Positions 18,664 to 28,617 are shown, counted from the first letter of the stretch. The stretch is DNA of 62,045 bases from Bacteroidales bacterium (GCA_012513795.1 JAAZBN010000115.1:1-62045), one strand, 5' to 3'. A program made the numbers and translations. Notes: generated by a model from the letters alone, not told the origin.

Positions 18664-20670
18664 ATGAATGATTTCAAATCGCAGGTTAGGGAAGGCATTC
18701 CCGCAGGTTTGCCTGAGCCGCAGCCATATGATCCTTCGGTAAACCATGCTCCGCGCAGGCGTAACATACTGACATCTGAGGAGAAGAAGCTTGCCTTGCG
18801 CAATGCCCTGAGATATTTTCCGCCGTCGCTGCACCCTGTGCTTGCCCCCGAGTTTGCAGCCGAACTGCGTGAACGAGGCCGCATATATATGTACCGCTAC
18901 AGGCCGTCATATGAGATGAAAGCCCGGCCGCTGGGTGAATACCCGCACAAGTCAGTACAGGCTGCGGCCATCATGCTGATGATAACCAACAACCTTGATC
19001 CGGCGGTGGCGCAGCACCCGCATGAGCTGATCACCTATGGCGGCAACGGGGCTGTTTTCCAGAACTGGGCACAGTACAGGCTCACAATGAAGTATCTGTC
19101 AGAGATGACTGATGAGCAGACACTCGTAATGTATTCAGGCCATCCGCTGGGGTTGTTTCCCTCACACAGGGATGCTCCCCGCGTGGTGGTCACCAACGGT
19201 ATGGTCATTCCCAACTATTCATCACAGGAAGACTATGAGCGGTTCAACGCCATGGGTGTATCGCAATACGGACAGATGACAGCAGGCTCCTACATGTACA
19301 TAGGCCCCCAGGGAATAGTACACGGAACAACCATAACCCTGCTCAATGCCACCAGGCGTGCAGAGCCTGTTGCTGAGGGAGAGAGAAAAAGCAGGCTGTT
19401 CGTCTCATCGGGTCTGGGAGGCATGTCAGGTGCTCAGCCTAAGGCAGGAAATATCGCAGGTGTGGTCTCTGTCATTGCCGAGGTTAACCCGAAGGCTATA
19501 CAGACACGTCACTCACAGGGCTGGGTAGATGAGATTTATCGCAACGCGGATGAGCTGGTGGAACGAGTACGGCGGGCATGCAGTGGTGGAGAGGTGGTAT
19601 CATTTGCCTATCATGGAAACATTGTTGACCTGTGGGAGAAATTTGCAGATGAAGGATTGTGGGCCGACCTGGGCTCCGACCAGACCTCGCTCCACAACCC
19701 GTGGTCAGGAGGATACTATCCGGCAGGGTTAACCTTTGAAGAGGCTAACATTATGATGTCGGAAGAACCGGAAAAATTCCGCGGTCTGGTACAGGCTTCC
19801 CTGCGCAGGCAAGTTAAGGCCATTAACAGGCATACCGCACACGGAACCTACTTTTTTGATTATGGCAATGCCTTCCTTCTTGAGTCGTCACGCGCTGGCG
19901 CTGACATAAGCAATGGCAGTGGTGGATTCCGCTATCCCTCGTACGTTGAGGATATCATGGGCCCGATCTGTTTCGACTATGGTTTCGGTCCCTTCCGCTG
20001 GGTATGCTGTTCCGGTGATCCGGCTGATCTTGAGAAGAGTGATATCATTGCTGCGGCCACACTGGAGCGTCTTATGAAGGAGTCGCCTGACGATATCCGC
20101 CAGCAGATGTCGGATAATATACACTGGATCCGTGAAGCTGGTCACAACCGGCTGGTGGTAGGGTCACAGGCACGTATACTGTATGCTGATGCTGCCGGAA
20201 GGATGAAGATAGCAGGTGCCTTTAACGAGGCCATTGCCTCAGGCATCATCGGCGGCCCGATAGTTATAGGTCGTGATCATCATGATGTGTCAGGCACCGA
20301 CTCACCTTTCCGTGAGACGTCAAATATCTACGATGGTTCGAGGTTCACTGCTGACATGGCAGTTCAGAATGTCATTGGGGATGCGTTCCGTGGCGCCACG
20401 TGGGTCTCCCTGCACAATGGCGGCGGGGTAGGATGGGGAGAGGTGATCAACGGAGGCTTCGGGATGGTTCTCGATGGCACTCCCGAGACGGATCGTCGTC
20501 TGCGGTCGATGCTCTTCTGGGATGTCAACAACGGCATCGCCCGCCGCAGCTGGGCACGCAACAGGGGTGCCGTGGCAGCCATCACCCGCGAGATGGAGCG
20601 TACACCCGGGTTAGTTGTTACAATGCCTGTAGATGTGGATGACAGGTTGATTGAGGAAACCATAATATAA
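18664..20670 (+). CDS. hutU: Urocanate hydratase (long Bacteroidota form)
   Basis: Track ORF trimmed to MNDFKSQVREGIP. Urocanase motifs are YGGNGAVFQNW, MTAGSYMYIGPQGIVHGT and GLGGMSGAQP. Confidence 0.9.
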   Translation: MNDFKSQVREGIPAGLPEPQPYDPSVNHAPRRRNILTSEEKKLALRNALRYFPPSLHPVLAPEFAAELRERGRIYMYRYRPSYEMKARPLGEYPHKSVQAAAIMLMITNNLDPAVAQHPHELITYGGNGAVFQNWAQYRLTMKYLSEMTDEQTLVMYSGHPLGLFPSHRDAPRVVVTNGMVIPNYSSQEDYERFNAMGVSQYGQMTAGSYMYIGPQGIVHGTTITLLNATRRAEPVAEGERKSRLFVSSGLGGMSGAQPKAGNIAGVVSVIAEVNPKAIQTRHSQGWVDEIYRNADELVERVRRACSGGEVVSFAYHGNIVDLWEKFADEGLWADLGSDQTSLHNPWSGGYYPAGLTFEEANIMMSEEPEKFRGLVQASLRRQVKAINRHTAHGTYFFDYGNAFLLESSRAGADISNGSGGFRYPSYVEDIMGPICFDYGFGPFRWVCCSGDPADLEKSDIIAAATLERLMKESPDDIRQQMSDNIHWIREAGHNRLVVGSQARILYADAAGRMKIAGAFNEAIASGIIGGPIVIGRDHHDVSGTDSPFRETSNIYDGSRFTADMAVQNVIGDAFRGATWVSLHNGGGVGWGEVINGGFGMVLDGTPETDRRLRSMLFWDVNNGIARRSWARNRGAVAAITREMERTPGLVVTMPVDVDDRLIEETII

Positions 20671-20838
20671 GTCATGCGGTCATGCGGTCATGCGGTCGTG
20701 CAGTCGTGCGATCCTTAGAACCATGACTGTCCCGACCTTCCGGTAGGGATCTCCGCTGCGCTCTGACAAGACCGCATGACCGCATGACCGCATGACCGCA
20801 TGACAGCCTCCAAAGGCGGCCACACCTTCAGGTCTTCC
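20671..20838. repeat. Palindromic intergenic element built from 8-nt tandem repeats (copy A of a two-member family in this window)
   Basis: (GTCATGCG)x3 plus GTCGTGCA and GTCGTGCG occupy 20671-20710. The complementary (CGCATGAC)x4 occupies 20773-20804. Inner pairing: GATCCTTA (20710-20717) with TAGGGATC (20744-20751). The right flank 20799-20838 is homologous to 37157-37196. Confidence 0.85.
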
Positions 20839-20839
20839 T

Positions 20840-21340
20840 TCAGATATTATCCGGAATCATATCGGACAGCAGACATACTGCCAGGGCCACGATGCCCTCG
20901 CCGCGGCCGGTAAAGCCCATCTTTTCGGTAGTGGTGGCCTTGACTGAGACCGCATCGGGGGAGATGCCGGCAACGGCTGCCAGGGTGTTTCTCATGGCCG
21001 TGATATAGGGAGCCAGCCTGGGCGCCTCAAGGCAGACAGTGCTGTCAATATTAACTATCCTGTAGCCTTTTTCCGTAATCATCTCCACCGTACGCTTCAG
21101 GAGTATCTTGCTGTCGATCCCCCTGAACTCATCCGATGTGTCGGGGAAGTGGTAACCTATATCATTCAATCCGGCTGCACCAAACAGGCCATCGCAAATG
21201 GCATGTATCAGCACATCGCCGTCAGAATGGGCCACGCATCCTCTGGGTGAATTGATATGTACACCGCCCAGCCAGAGCTCGCGACCTTCCTCAAGGCGAT
21301 GAAAGTCGATGCCCTGTCCTATTCTCTGGTGCAGTGTCAT
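20840..21340 (-). CDS. ispF: 2-C-methyl-D-erythritol 2,4-cyclodiphosphate synthase
   Basis: IGQGIDFHRL and AHSDGDVLIHAICDGL (zinc ligands), 166 aa. Confidence 0.93.
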   Translation of the reverse strand: MTLHQRIGQGIDFHRLEEGRELWLGGVHINSPRGCVAHSDGDVLIHAICDGLFGAAGLNDIGYHFPDTSDEFRGIDSKILLKRTVEMITEKGYRIVNIDSTVCLEAPRLAPYITAMRNTLAAVAGISPDAVSVKATTTEKMGFTGRGEGIVALAVCLLSDMIPDNI

Positions 21341-21347
21341 TTTATAA

Positions 21348-22499
21348 TTACTTCTGGCTCAGGTTGCGGAGTGAGTCAAATTCGAACCCAAGTGAAAATC
21401 TGAGTGTTCGCGCCAGCGGATTATTCTGTGTAAATGGCATCAGGTATGAGAAGTCGAGTGAGAAGACGCTCAGCCTGAAACCGGCTCCCAAAGTAAAATA
21501 TTTCCTGTTTCCCTTCAGTTCAGCCTCGTTATAGTATCCGGCCCTGAGTGCAAACTGCTGGTTGTACCAGTATTCAACACCCACCGACTGTGTGAACTCC
21601 TTCAGCTCTTCCCTGAAGCCACCGGGGGCGTCATAAAATGACTGGAAGATGGCCACAGGAACGGACACATTCGGGTCCATGCCGTCAACAATGTTCCGGT
21701 CACTGTCATAGAATGGCGGTGTAGGAACGAGCAGCTTGTTGATGTCAATGGAGAAGGAGAGTGCGTTATACTTATCGAGGTTGACCAGGAAGGTTGATCC
21801 GATCCTCATGTTCATCGGAATAAAATCAGGATCGACATCGGTTGTGTAGCTGATCTTTGATCCTATGTTTGACAGGTTGATTCCGAAAGAGATATTCCCG
21901 TCTTTTGTGCCAAGTGACAGCTTGTTGGTATAGTAAGCAGAAACGTCAGCAGCATATGAGATACCCGGTCTGGTATCCTCAATTCCCCCGGTAAGGTTGG
22001 AGTATATGAACCTCAGGGCCACCCCTCCTGACCAGTGCTCCGAGAAGAGCCTGGAATATGCGGCATCAACAGAGAATTCGTTGGCATTGAACTCTCTGAG
22101 TATACTTCCTATGTTGTCAGTAAATTCTATCTTGCCGAGAGAGGAATACATCAGGCTGGCTGCAATAACCTGCCTGCTGTCTATCCTGTAGTATCCGGTG
22201 AGGTATGAAAGATTGATGTCAGGGATCAGTGCTCTAAGCCAGGGTGAGTAGGATATGCCGAAGCCGCCGTTACCGTCAATGAATGCAAATTTTGCAGGAT
22301 TCCAGTGCATACTGAACATATCCGGTGATGTAGCCACACCGACATCCCCGAGGGCGCCGGAACGGGAGTCCGGAGCTATTGAAAGAAATGGGACAACAGT
22401 CTGAATGGGGTTATATTTTATCTCCTCCTGCGCTGTTACAGGGATGACCGGTAATAATAAAAGCAGTAAAAAGCTAACAGTCAGCGCGTTCCTTTTCAT
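21348..22499 (-). CDS. porV: Type IX secretion outer-membrane channel/shuttle protein PorV (LptO)
   Basis: Signal peptide followed by NPIQTVVPFLSIAPDSRSGALGDVGVATSPD, the conserved PorV N-terminal signature as I recall it. Beta-barrel pattern throughout. Immediately downstream of porU. Confidence 0.85.
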   Translation of the reverse strand: MKRNALTVSFLLLLLLPVIPVTAQEEIKYNPIQTVVPFLSIAPDSRSGALGDVGVATSPDMFSMHWNPAKFAFIDGNGGFGISYSPWLRALIPDINLSYLTGYYRIDSRQVIAASLMYSSLGKIEFTDNIGSILREFNANEFSVDAAYSRLFSEHWSGGVALRFIYSNLTGGIEDTRPGISYAADVSAYYTNKLSLGTKDGNISFGINLSNIGSKISYTTDVDPDFIPMNMRIGSTFLVNLDKYNALSFSIDINKLLVPTPPFYDSDRNIVDGMDPNVSVPVAIFQSFYDAPGGFREELKEFTQSVGVEYWYNQQFALRAGYYNEAELKGNRKYFTLGAGFRLSVFSLDFSYLMPFTQNNPLARTLRFSLGFEFDSLRNLSQK

Positions 22500-22521
22500 G
22501 TGTGTTCAGTTCAATATTTGT

Positions 22522-22529
22522 GCAAATAT
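22522..22529 (-). promoter_or_regulatory. -7 promoter box for porV
   Basis: The minus strand reads TATATTTG, 22 nt upstream of the porV ATG (22499), inside the 63-nt porU-porV spacer. Confidence 0.45.
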
Positions 22530-22562
22530 AAAACAAAAAAAATGGCCACTTATTGTGTTGTT

Positions 22563-25500
22563 TTACAAAATGATGAATTGGCCTGTGGCCGATGTTTTTT
22601 CGCCCTCAGAAGTAACTGCTTCTGCTCTCCACAGATAGAGTCCCCTGGCCACTCTTCCTCCCTGGTTGTCGGATGCATCCCAGTATATTTCCGGGAGGGT
22701 ATATCCGGCGGTGAAGCTCTTCTCTTTCAGAACGCGCACCGGGCGGCCGTCATAGGTGAAGATGGAGATGGTTACCTCCATTTCTGTCCCCGGCCTGTTA
22801 TGTCCGGCGGTCAGTCGTGCTCCTTCCCGCACCGGGTTGGGTATGGCAAGCAGGTTGTTCAGTCTGAAGCTGCCGTTGGTTTCAACAATGAATCTCAGGG
22901 TTGAGAGGGAGGGATTATTGAGGTTATCCCATGCCCTGAGTGTAACTGTATGCTCACCCCGTTCCGGTATCAGCAGCGGGTAGGCCAGGCTGCCCGAGCT
23001 GTGCACTCCCACATCAGACCTGAAGAGGCTGTTCAGTACTACTGCCGAGGAGATGTCATCATCAAGCCAGGCGATAATGTCATGACCTATGCCCGTTCCG
23101 GTGGCGTTTATGCCTGACCTGTCACTGAGAAGTACCAGCAGGACAGGAGCATCATCTGTCACCCCGCCTTCCCTGAAGAGTGTGTCATTCATGAAGAGCC
23201 TGATTTCCGGTCCTTCCCTGTCGTCCATAGCTTCATCTGAGAATCCTCCCACGGTAATTCCGCTGAAGCTGCCATTGATGTCGTCCGTGCCGTCCCAGGC
23301 ATAGTATTTTATTGCGCCTTTGCCGTAGGTATAGTTTATGTCAAGAGGGACTATGAAGGAGAAGTTGAATCGTCCTTCTCTGACGGTAGTCATGCCCCTG
23401 AAGAGCACGTTCCCGGTTACGGGGAAGACCATGGGGGATCCGCCATCATTGGCCAGGGTGCTTATATTAGCCTGCTTGTCAAAAACTGTTGATTCCACTG
23501 TGCCGTTGAAGCCGGCCATGATGCTGCCGGATTGATCTTCTATATGACCGCTGACCGTGATGAGTGACAGTGCCTTGAGGGTATCAGAGGGCAGGGAGAC
23601 ATGAACACCGTTGATGCTGTCAGTGACCACCCTGCCCCCGACAGGCCATGCCAGCCTCAGGGCCGGGTCACCCAGCAGAAGGAAATTACGCTTGTTCATG
23701 CCTGTTCCCGTGCTGGTCTTAGCCTGCCTGATGATGTCGCCCAGTCTCATTGATCTCCCGTCTTGAGCGGTAGTGAAGGCATTATCATAGATTGCCCGGT
23801 TGAGGGTATAGTTGGGGGCTGAGTAGACCACCCTGGTGGTGCTCATCAGTGCTATGCCTCCGCCGTCAGGATTGAGAAGCACCATCTCACCGGCGGATGT
23901 CCTTGCCGAGATGGTTCCCGTGGCCCGGTTTATATCAACGTCGTCAAACCTGGAGAATTCGCATGTGGCTGTTATGAAGAGGGGCAGCCTGGTGTTGTTC
24001 TTCCAGGAGTTGATATTATCTGTTCTTATCACCCTCTCATGAGCGAGTCCTGACTCATTGCCATGGCCCACGTAATTCATCACCAGGCAGCCCGCCGCTA
24101 TCCTGTCATCCACTGCCCTGGATGCATCGGGATAGGAGTCTCCTGTTACTGATGTCACCTGCCGGTAGGCATCGAGATAGATCTTGTCAATAGTAAGGGG
24201 TGGTGCAGCTGTTGCGGCACCATCTGCCAGACCTTCAGCATCAAACATATGTAGGTTGGAGTCTTCATCGTCAGCCACCAGGCAGAGAACATTGCGCCAT
24301 GAGCCCTGGTGAGTGTCTGTGATGTATGATGAGATCTTTCTTACCATGACCCCGGCTGAGGCAGTGTCTGAAGCAGGCAGTCTGCCGATACCGATATCCA
24401 GAAAACCCTCAGCTTCTCCCTCTCCTTCATCGAGGAGGCCATAGAAATCATCCGAGGCAAATGAGAGTACTCCGGTGGTTGAGTTGACTGACTGCCAAGT
24501 AGGGATGAACGAGCTGTTGCCTGGCGGCGGAGTCTTGTTCTCATATGAGCCGTCGCCAAAGAGAAGAAGGTATCTGGGGGGTGAGCCTGCCGCCTTGCCC
24601 CGGTCATAGATCATCTTAATGAAATTCCTTATGGCAACGGCATCAGGGACACCCCCTGAGAACTCATTATAGATCTGCTCCGGGGTGACTATAAGTGAGG
24701 TAGTTCCGTCATCAGACAGGTGTATTCCGGCCAGTCGTTCAGCATATTCAAGGAAGAGCGGATGAGTAATGATTATCATCACAGCCGGCATCATGGCATG
24801 CAGGTTCTGGGGCAGTACCTGTACTGCCCTGAGGGGCTGTTTCAGGTGAGTATCTGAAAAAGCCACAAACCTGCGGAGGCTGTCTGTGGCTACCGTAAAG
24901 AGTGTGCTTCCGCCGGCGGCAGCAGTCTGCATTGACAGCGGGGCAAAAGGATCTGTCACATCCCACACCCTGAGGTTCTGAGACCCCTCCACGGCAAAAC
25001 GGGTTATGGCTGCTGGCTGCACTGATCTGCTGTCATTGATCAAAAGCTGTCTGTCACGGTATACCAGCCCTGCCCTGGCCTGGAAGTCTACATAGTCGAT
25101 ATATCCGGTAGCAGCCATATTGCCGCCTGATGAGAAGGTGATACTGAATGAAGGAGATGAAGAAGCCGGAAGCACTGAATCGGTCAGGGTGACTGACTCT
25201 GCAAATATCCCGTTGATATCTGTCATGTTCACCGGGGGTACGGTTACTGTTTTCAGGTCATACGGACCCTGTCTCAGGGTGAAGGAGGCAGAGTTGTCAG
25301 ACCTTCCAAGCAACCGTGCGCTGTACCTGATCCGTTCAGTGACTGACAGGTCGGTAAAACCGGGCCCCACCCCGACCTGTACTCCCGGAGCCACCTGCTG
25401 GTACCACTCCCGGCCCGATCTGATCAGGTTGACCTCCTCATGCTCATGGCGCATAAACACATCGGTGGTTGTTGAAACGGCTGTATGAGGCTCTGAAGGT

Positions 25501-25967
25501 GATGTCTCGGCAGCAATAAGTGCAGGGCCTGATGGCCGTGAAGTAATAAAATACCATGCCGTATCAGAGTAGTGGTGTCTCATGAACCGGTATTCATGTG
25601 AGACCGGGTCATATTTCCACCGGTGCGTTCCTTCGGCATAGAAGAGAAGATGATCACCATCATTGAAAATGCCGTCGCTTCCCTTATCCATCATCACCTT
25701 TATCTGCCTGAGGTCATCCGGAGCGGTGCCGTCATTGATAAAGGAGAGCTGGCCCTGGTTATTTCCATAAAGCACTGCTTCAGCCGGATTCGTAATACCC
25801 ATCTCCCTGATGGTGGAATAGCTGAGGCTGTATACTCCCGCTTCCGTCACAGCGATCTTTGTCCAGATGCCGCTTCCAAGCACTGATGAGCCTGCATATT
25901 CCTGTGCTATTGCGGGCAGCAGGATCAGTAGCAGAATGGGACCGGTGACCAGACTTTTCAAACTCAT
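22563..25967 (-). CDS. porU: Type IX secretion C-terminal signal peptidase/sortase PorU (gingipain-like C25 fold)
   Basis: Track ORF trimmed to MSLKSLVTGPILLLILLPAIAQE. N-terminal SSVLGSGIWTKIAVTEAGVYSLSY, central C25-type region (YLLLFGDGSYE, VGHGNESGLAHE, LPLFITATCEFSRFDD), and a C-terminal T9SS CTD-like beta-sandwich ending GLYLWRAEAVTSEGEKTSATGQFIIL. Confidence 0.85.
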   Translation of the reverse strand: MSLKSLVTGPILLLILLPAIAQEYAGSSVLGSGIWTKIAVTEAGVYSLSYSTIREMGITNPAEAVLYGNNQGQLSFINDGTAPDDLRQIKVMMDKGSDGIFNDGDHLLFYAEGTHRWKYDPVSHEYRFMRHHYSDTAWYFITSRPSGPALIAAETSPSEPHTAVSTTTDVFMRHEHEEVNLIRSGREWYQQVAPGVQVGVGPGFTDLSVTERIRYSARLLGRSDNSASFTLRQGPYDLKTVTVPPVNMTDINGIFAESVTLTDSVLPASSSPSFSITFSSGGNMAATGYIDYVDFQARAGLVYRDRQLLINDSRSVQPAAITRFAVEGSQNLRVWDVTDPFAPLSMQTAAAGGSTLFTVATDSLRRFVAFSDTHLKQPLRAVQVLPQNLHAMMPAVMIIITHPLFLEYAERLAGIHLSDDGTTSLIVTPEQIYNEFSGGVPDAVAIRNFIKMIYDRGKAAGSPPRYLLLFGDGSYENKTPPPGNSSFIPTWQSVNSTTGVLSFASDDFYGLLDEGEGEAEGFLDIGIGRLPASDTASAGVMVRKISSYITDTHQGSWRNVLCLVADDEDSNLHMFDAEGLADGAATAAPPLTIDKIYLDAYRQVTSVTGDSYPDASRAVDDRIAAGCLVMNYVGHGNESGLAHERVIRTDNINSWKNNTRLPLFITATCEFSRFDDVDINRATGTISARTSAGEMVLLNPDGGGIALMSTTRVVYSAPNYTLNRAIYDNAFTTAQDGRSMRLGDIIRQAKTSTGTGMNKRNFLLLGDPALRLAWPVGGRVVTDSINGVHVSLPSDTLKALSLITVSGHIEDQSGSIMAGFNGTVESTVFDKQANISTLANDGGSPMVFPVTGNVLFRGMTTVREGRFNFSFIVPLDINYTYGKGAIKYYAWDGTDDINGSFSGITVGGFSDEAMDDREGPEIRLFMNDTLFREGGVTDDAPVLLVLLSDRSGINATGTGIGHDIIAWLDDDISSAVVLNSLFRSDVGVHSSGSLAYPLLIPERGEHTVTLRAWDNLNNPSLSTLRFIVETNGSFRLNNLLAIPNPVREGARLTAGHNRPGTEMEVTISIFTYDGRPVRVLKEKSFTAGYTLPEIYWDASDNQGGRVARGLYLWRAEAVTSEGEKTSATGQFIIL

Positions 25968-25971
25968 AATC

Positions 25972-26000
25972 GCAAAGATAGTCAAGTAGCTTATCTTTGC
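25972..26000. promoter_or_regulatory. 9-bp inverted repeat carrying two divergent -7 boxes (porU / porP spacer)
   Basis: GCAAAGATA (25972-25980), an 11-nt spacer, then TATCTTTGC (25992-26000). Each arm reads TATCTTTG (matching TAnnTTTG) on its own strand. Confidence 0.45.
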
Positions 26001-26068
26001 CCTGTCTTGAGGCTGTCTCAGACAAAATATTGACCTCATGACTGCGTTGATAACCTTGTAGTGTTAAC

Positions 26069-27034
26069 ATGAAGTTCAGAATCAGGACTCTTGCATCGGG
26101 GCTGTTCCTTTTTATGGCGACCCTCAGTGGCCAGGATACATGGCACGGGTCACTGTCAGGCATGCACATGATGCATAATCCCGGGTTTGCAGGTGTGGGA
26201 GGGGTTCAGGCAGTAAATATCTCGGCATTTTCCTTTCTTCCAGGAAACAGTTTCGGGCTCAGGTCAGTACATGCATCCTATGACGGTTATTTTTCAGCCA
26301 TTCATGGCGGCGCAGGTGTGTGGATCACCGATGACATGCTTGGTGATATACTGAATGACCTGAAAGGAGGAGTTTCCTACTCCTATCATTTCCGTGCCGG
26401 AAGAAGAACGTATATTACCGCCGGTCTCACTGCCTCGGCCATCAGCAGGGGCATCAGGAGCGGATCGGTAATCCTTCCCGATGACATCGACCCGTTCAGG
26501 GGCATCACCGGCGGGGGAGAAGGCTATGCCGGTCCTGCAAACGTCACCCGTTTTGACATAGGGACAGGCTTTACCATCGCATCAGGGCCCTGGTACGCCG
26601 GACTGTCAGTGATGCACCTTACGCGACCGGCACTTGGCGATTTTGACCGTGAGGACAGCAGAATTCACAGGCTTCTCACACTCACGGGAGGCATTGAACT
26701 GAACCCGGGGGGAGGTGACTTTTTTATCAGACCCTCAGCAGCTTTCCTTGCCCAGGGGGATGAATACAGGATTTATTTAGGAGGCGAAAGCACCTGGAAA
26801 GGCCTCGCAGCCGGAGTGGCAATGTGGCACCTGACAGATGGATTCACAGCTGCGGAGTGCTCTGTTGGCTGGGATGATGCCGCCTTAAAGATCATATTGT
26901 CATATAGTTATATCCTTGCAGGCGGTGATGTGTCTTTCGGGGGTACGGCAATCATCAAGGCAGGGGTATCATTTGCTTTCGGAAATGTTGAAAAAAGTAG
27001 AGCCCTGCACATAATAAAGTTGCCCCTTTTGTAG
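26069..27034 (+). CDS. porP: PorP/SprF family type IX secretion membrane protein
   Basis: 321 aa with a signal peptide, then HMMHNPGFAGV (PorP/SprF N-terminal motif type) and a beta-barrel pattern. Sits directly upstream of the gldJ-like gene. Confidence 0.7.
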   Translation: MKFRIRTLASGLFLFMATLSGQDTWHGSLSGMHMMHNPGFAGVGGVQAVNISAFSFLPGNSFGLRSVHASYDGYFSAIHGGAGVWITDDMLGDILNDLKGGVSYSYHFRAGRRTYITAGLTASAISRGIRSGSVILPDDIDPFRGITGGGEGYAGPANVTRFDIGTGFTIASGPWYAGLSVMHLTRPALGDFDREDSRIHRLLTLTGGIELNPGGGDFFIRPSAAFLAQGDEYRIYLGGESTWKGLAAGVAMWHLTDGFTAAECSVGWDDAALKIILSYSYILAGGDVSFGGTAIIKAGVSFAFGNVEKSRALHIIKLPLL

Positions 27035-27101
27035 TTATTTTGGTGCAGAGTTTTGTAAATGAACAGATTTTTTAATAAAAAAGTAATCAAGTAAACCTTA
27101 T

Positions 27102-28595
27102 ATGGCTATGTATAAACTCAGAGCTTTACCGGTTTTTGTAGTTGTTGCTCTCTTCCTCTTTTCCTGCAAGGGAGGGAAGCAGGATAATGTATCTCCTACT
27201 ACGGGCTGGAGTTACAGGGATCCGAAATCCAGTGATGTAAATGACCTTGGCTATCCCATCGGGGAGGCTTCGGAACAGCTCACCGGTCCCAATCTTGTAT
27301 TGATTGAAGGAGGTACCTTTACCATGGGAAGGGTTGAGCAGGATGTTATGTTTGACTGGAACAACTCTCCGCGCAGGGTCACCGTTTCATCGTTCTATAT
27401 GGATGAGACTGAGATCACCAACCTCGATTACCGTGAATACCTGTACTGGCTCAGGAGGGTATACAGCGACTATCCGGAGGTTCACCGCCGTGCTCTTCCT
27501 GACACTCTTGTCTGGAGAAGCCCGCTGGCCTTCAACGAACCATATGTGCAGTATTACTTCCGCCATCCCTCATATAATAATTATCCGGTTGTGGGAGTGA
27601 GCTGGCTGCAGGCCAACGACTATTGTGTATGGCGTACAGACAGGGTCAACGAGCAGATCCTTCTGGAGAAGAAGTGGCAGGATGCGAATGTGGAGCAGTC
27701 AGGTGCCAACAACTTCAATACCGAAGCTTACCTGGCAGGGCAGTATGAGGGTGTTCCCGGCCAGAGGGTTGATGAGCTTCACCCGCGCGTGCGCCAGGAG
27801 GATGGTATCCTGCTCCCGCGTTACCGTCTCCCGACGGAAGCTGAATGGGAGTTTGCCGCCTACGGACTCAGGGGAAACACCTTTGAGGAAAGGATCTATG
27901 AAAGAGCCCTTTATCCGTGGGATGGTCATAACGTCCGCAACTCGGCAAAGAAGTACAGGGGTGAATTCATGGCCAACTTCGTCCGCGGCCGCGGTGACAT
28001 GATGGGTGTGGCAGGCAACCTGAACGATGCCGGAAGCATAACTGTTGACGTGAGGTCATACTGGCCGAACGACTATGGTCTGTATTGCATGGCAGGCAAC
28101 GTCAATGAGTGGGTGCAGGATGTATACCGTCCGCTCTCATCGGAAGATGTTGATATGTTCAACCCGTTCAGGGGTAATGTCTTCACTGACCTCAGACGTG
28201 ATGCCAACGGTATGGTAGTGGAAAAGGACAGGCTGGGCCGGCTTCAGATTGATACTGTCAAACCGGAAGATGTTGCCGACAGGTACAACTATCAGAAAGC
28301 TGATTACAGGAACTACCTTGACGGTGACGTCATCTCAAGTATCTCCTCAAGCCTTGAATGGTCAGGCAATGCCGACCTGCCGCAGACAGAGAGAATGTAT
28401 TCACAGAATGAGATTGATAATGACTACGTGACCCTGATTAATGACAGGGCCAGGGTCATCAAAGGCGGATCATGGAAAGACAGGGCTTATTGGCTCAATC
28501 CCTCAACCCGCAGGTATCTTGACCAGGAAGCATCACGTGATGACCTTGGGTTCAGGTGTGCAATGATAAGGGTGGGAAGCCCGGCAGGACTATAA
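27102..28595 (+). CDS. gldJ: GldJ-like lipoprotein (GldJ/GldK/PorK family, FGE/SUMF1 fold)
   Basis: Lipobox LFLFSC, TGWSY, and FGE-sulfatase-fold motifs (GGTFTMG, YPVVGVSW, RLPTEAEWEFAA, GNVNEWVQD, KGGSW). The porV-porU-gldJ-murF neighbourhood matches my recollection of Flavobacterium johnsoniae. No porL/M/N follows, so I favour GldJ over GldK/PorK. Confidence 0.7.
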   Translation: MAMYKLRALPVFVVVALFLFSCKGGKQDNVSPTTGWSYRDPKSSDVNDLGYPIGEASEQLTGPNLVLIEGGTFTMGRVEQDVMFDWNNSPRRVTVSSFYMDETEITNLDYREYLYWLRRVYSDYPEVHRRALPDTLVWRSPLAFNEPYVQYYFRHPSYNNYPVVGVSWLQANDYCVWRTDRVNEQILLEKKWQDANVEQSGANNFNTEAYLAGQYEGVPGQRVDELHPRVRQEDGILLPRYRLPTEAEWEFAAYGLRGNTFEERIYERALYPWDGHNVRNSAKKYRGEFMANFVRGRGDMMGVAGNLNDAGSITVDVRSYWPNDYGLYCMAGNVNEWVQDVYRPLSSEDVDMFNPFRGNVFTDLRRDANGMVVEKDRLGRLQIDTVKPEDVADRYNYQKADYRNYLDGDVISSISSSLEWSGNADLPQTERMYSQNEIDNDYVTLINDRARVIKGGSWKDRAYWLNPSTRRYLDQEASRDDLGFRCAMIRVGSPAGL

Positions 28596-28617
28596 TAATA
28601 TTAATATGTGATGAATA

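Noticed and set aside
18664-20670. hutU without hutH, hutI or hutG neighbours, considered as a possible orphan or moonlighting urocanase.
   Set aside because: From memory, hut genes are often scattered in Bacteroidota. The protein looks intact and canonical, so I see no sequence-level reason to treat it as unusual.
20671-20804. Whether the 8-nt repeat arrays form a CRISPR array.
   Set aside because: The units are only 8 nt long and directly abut each other with no spacers. The two arrays are mutual complements, and no cas genes are present.
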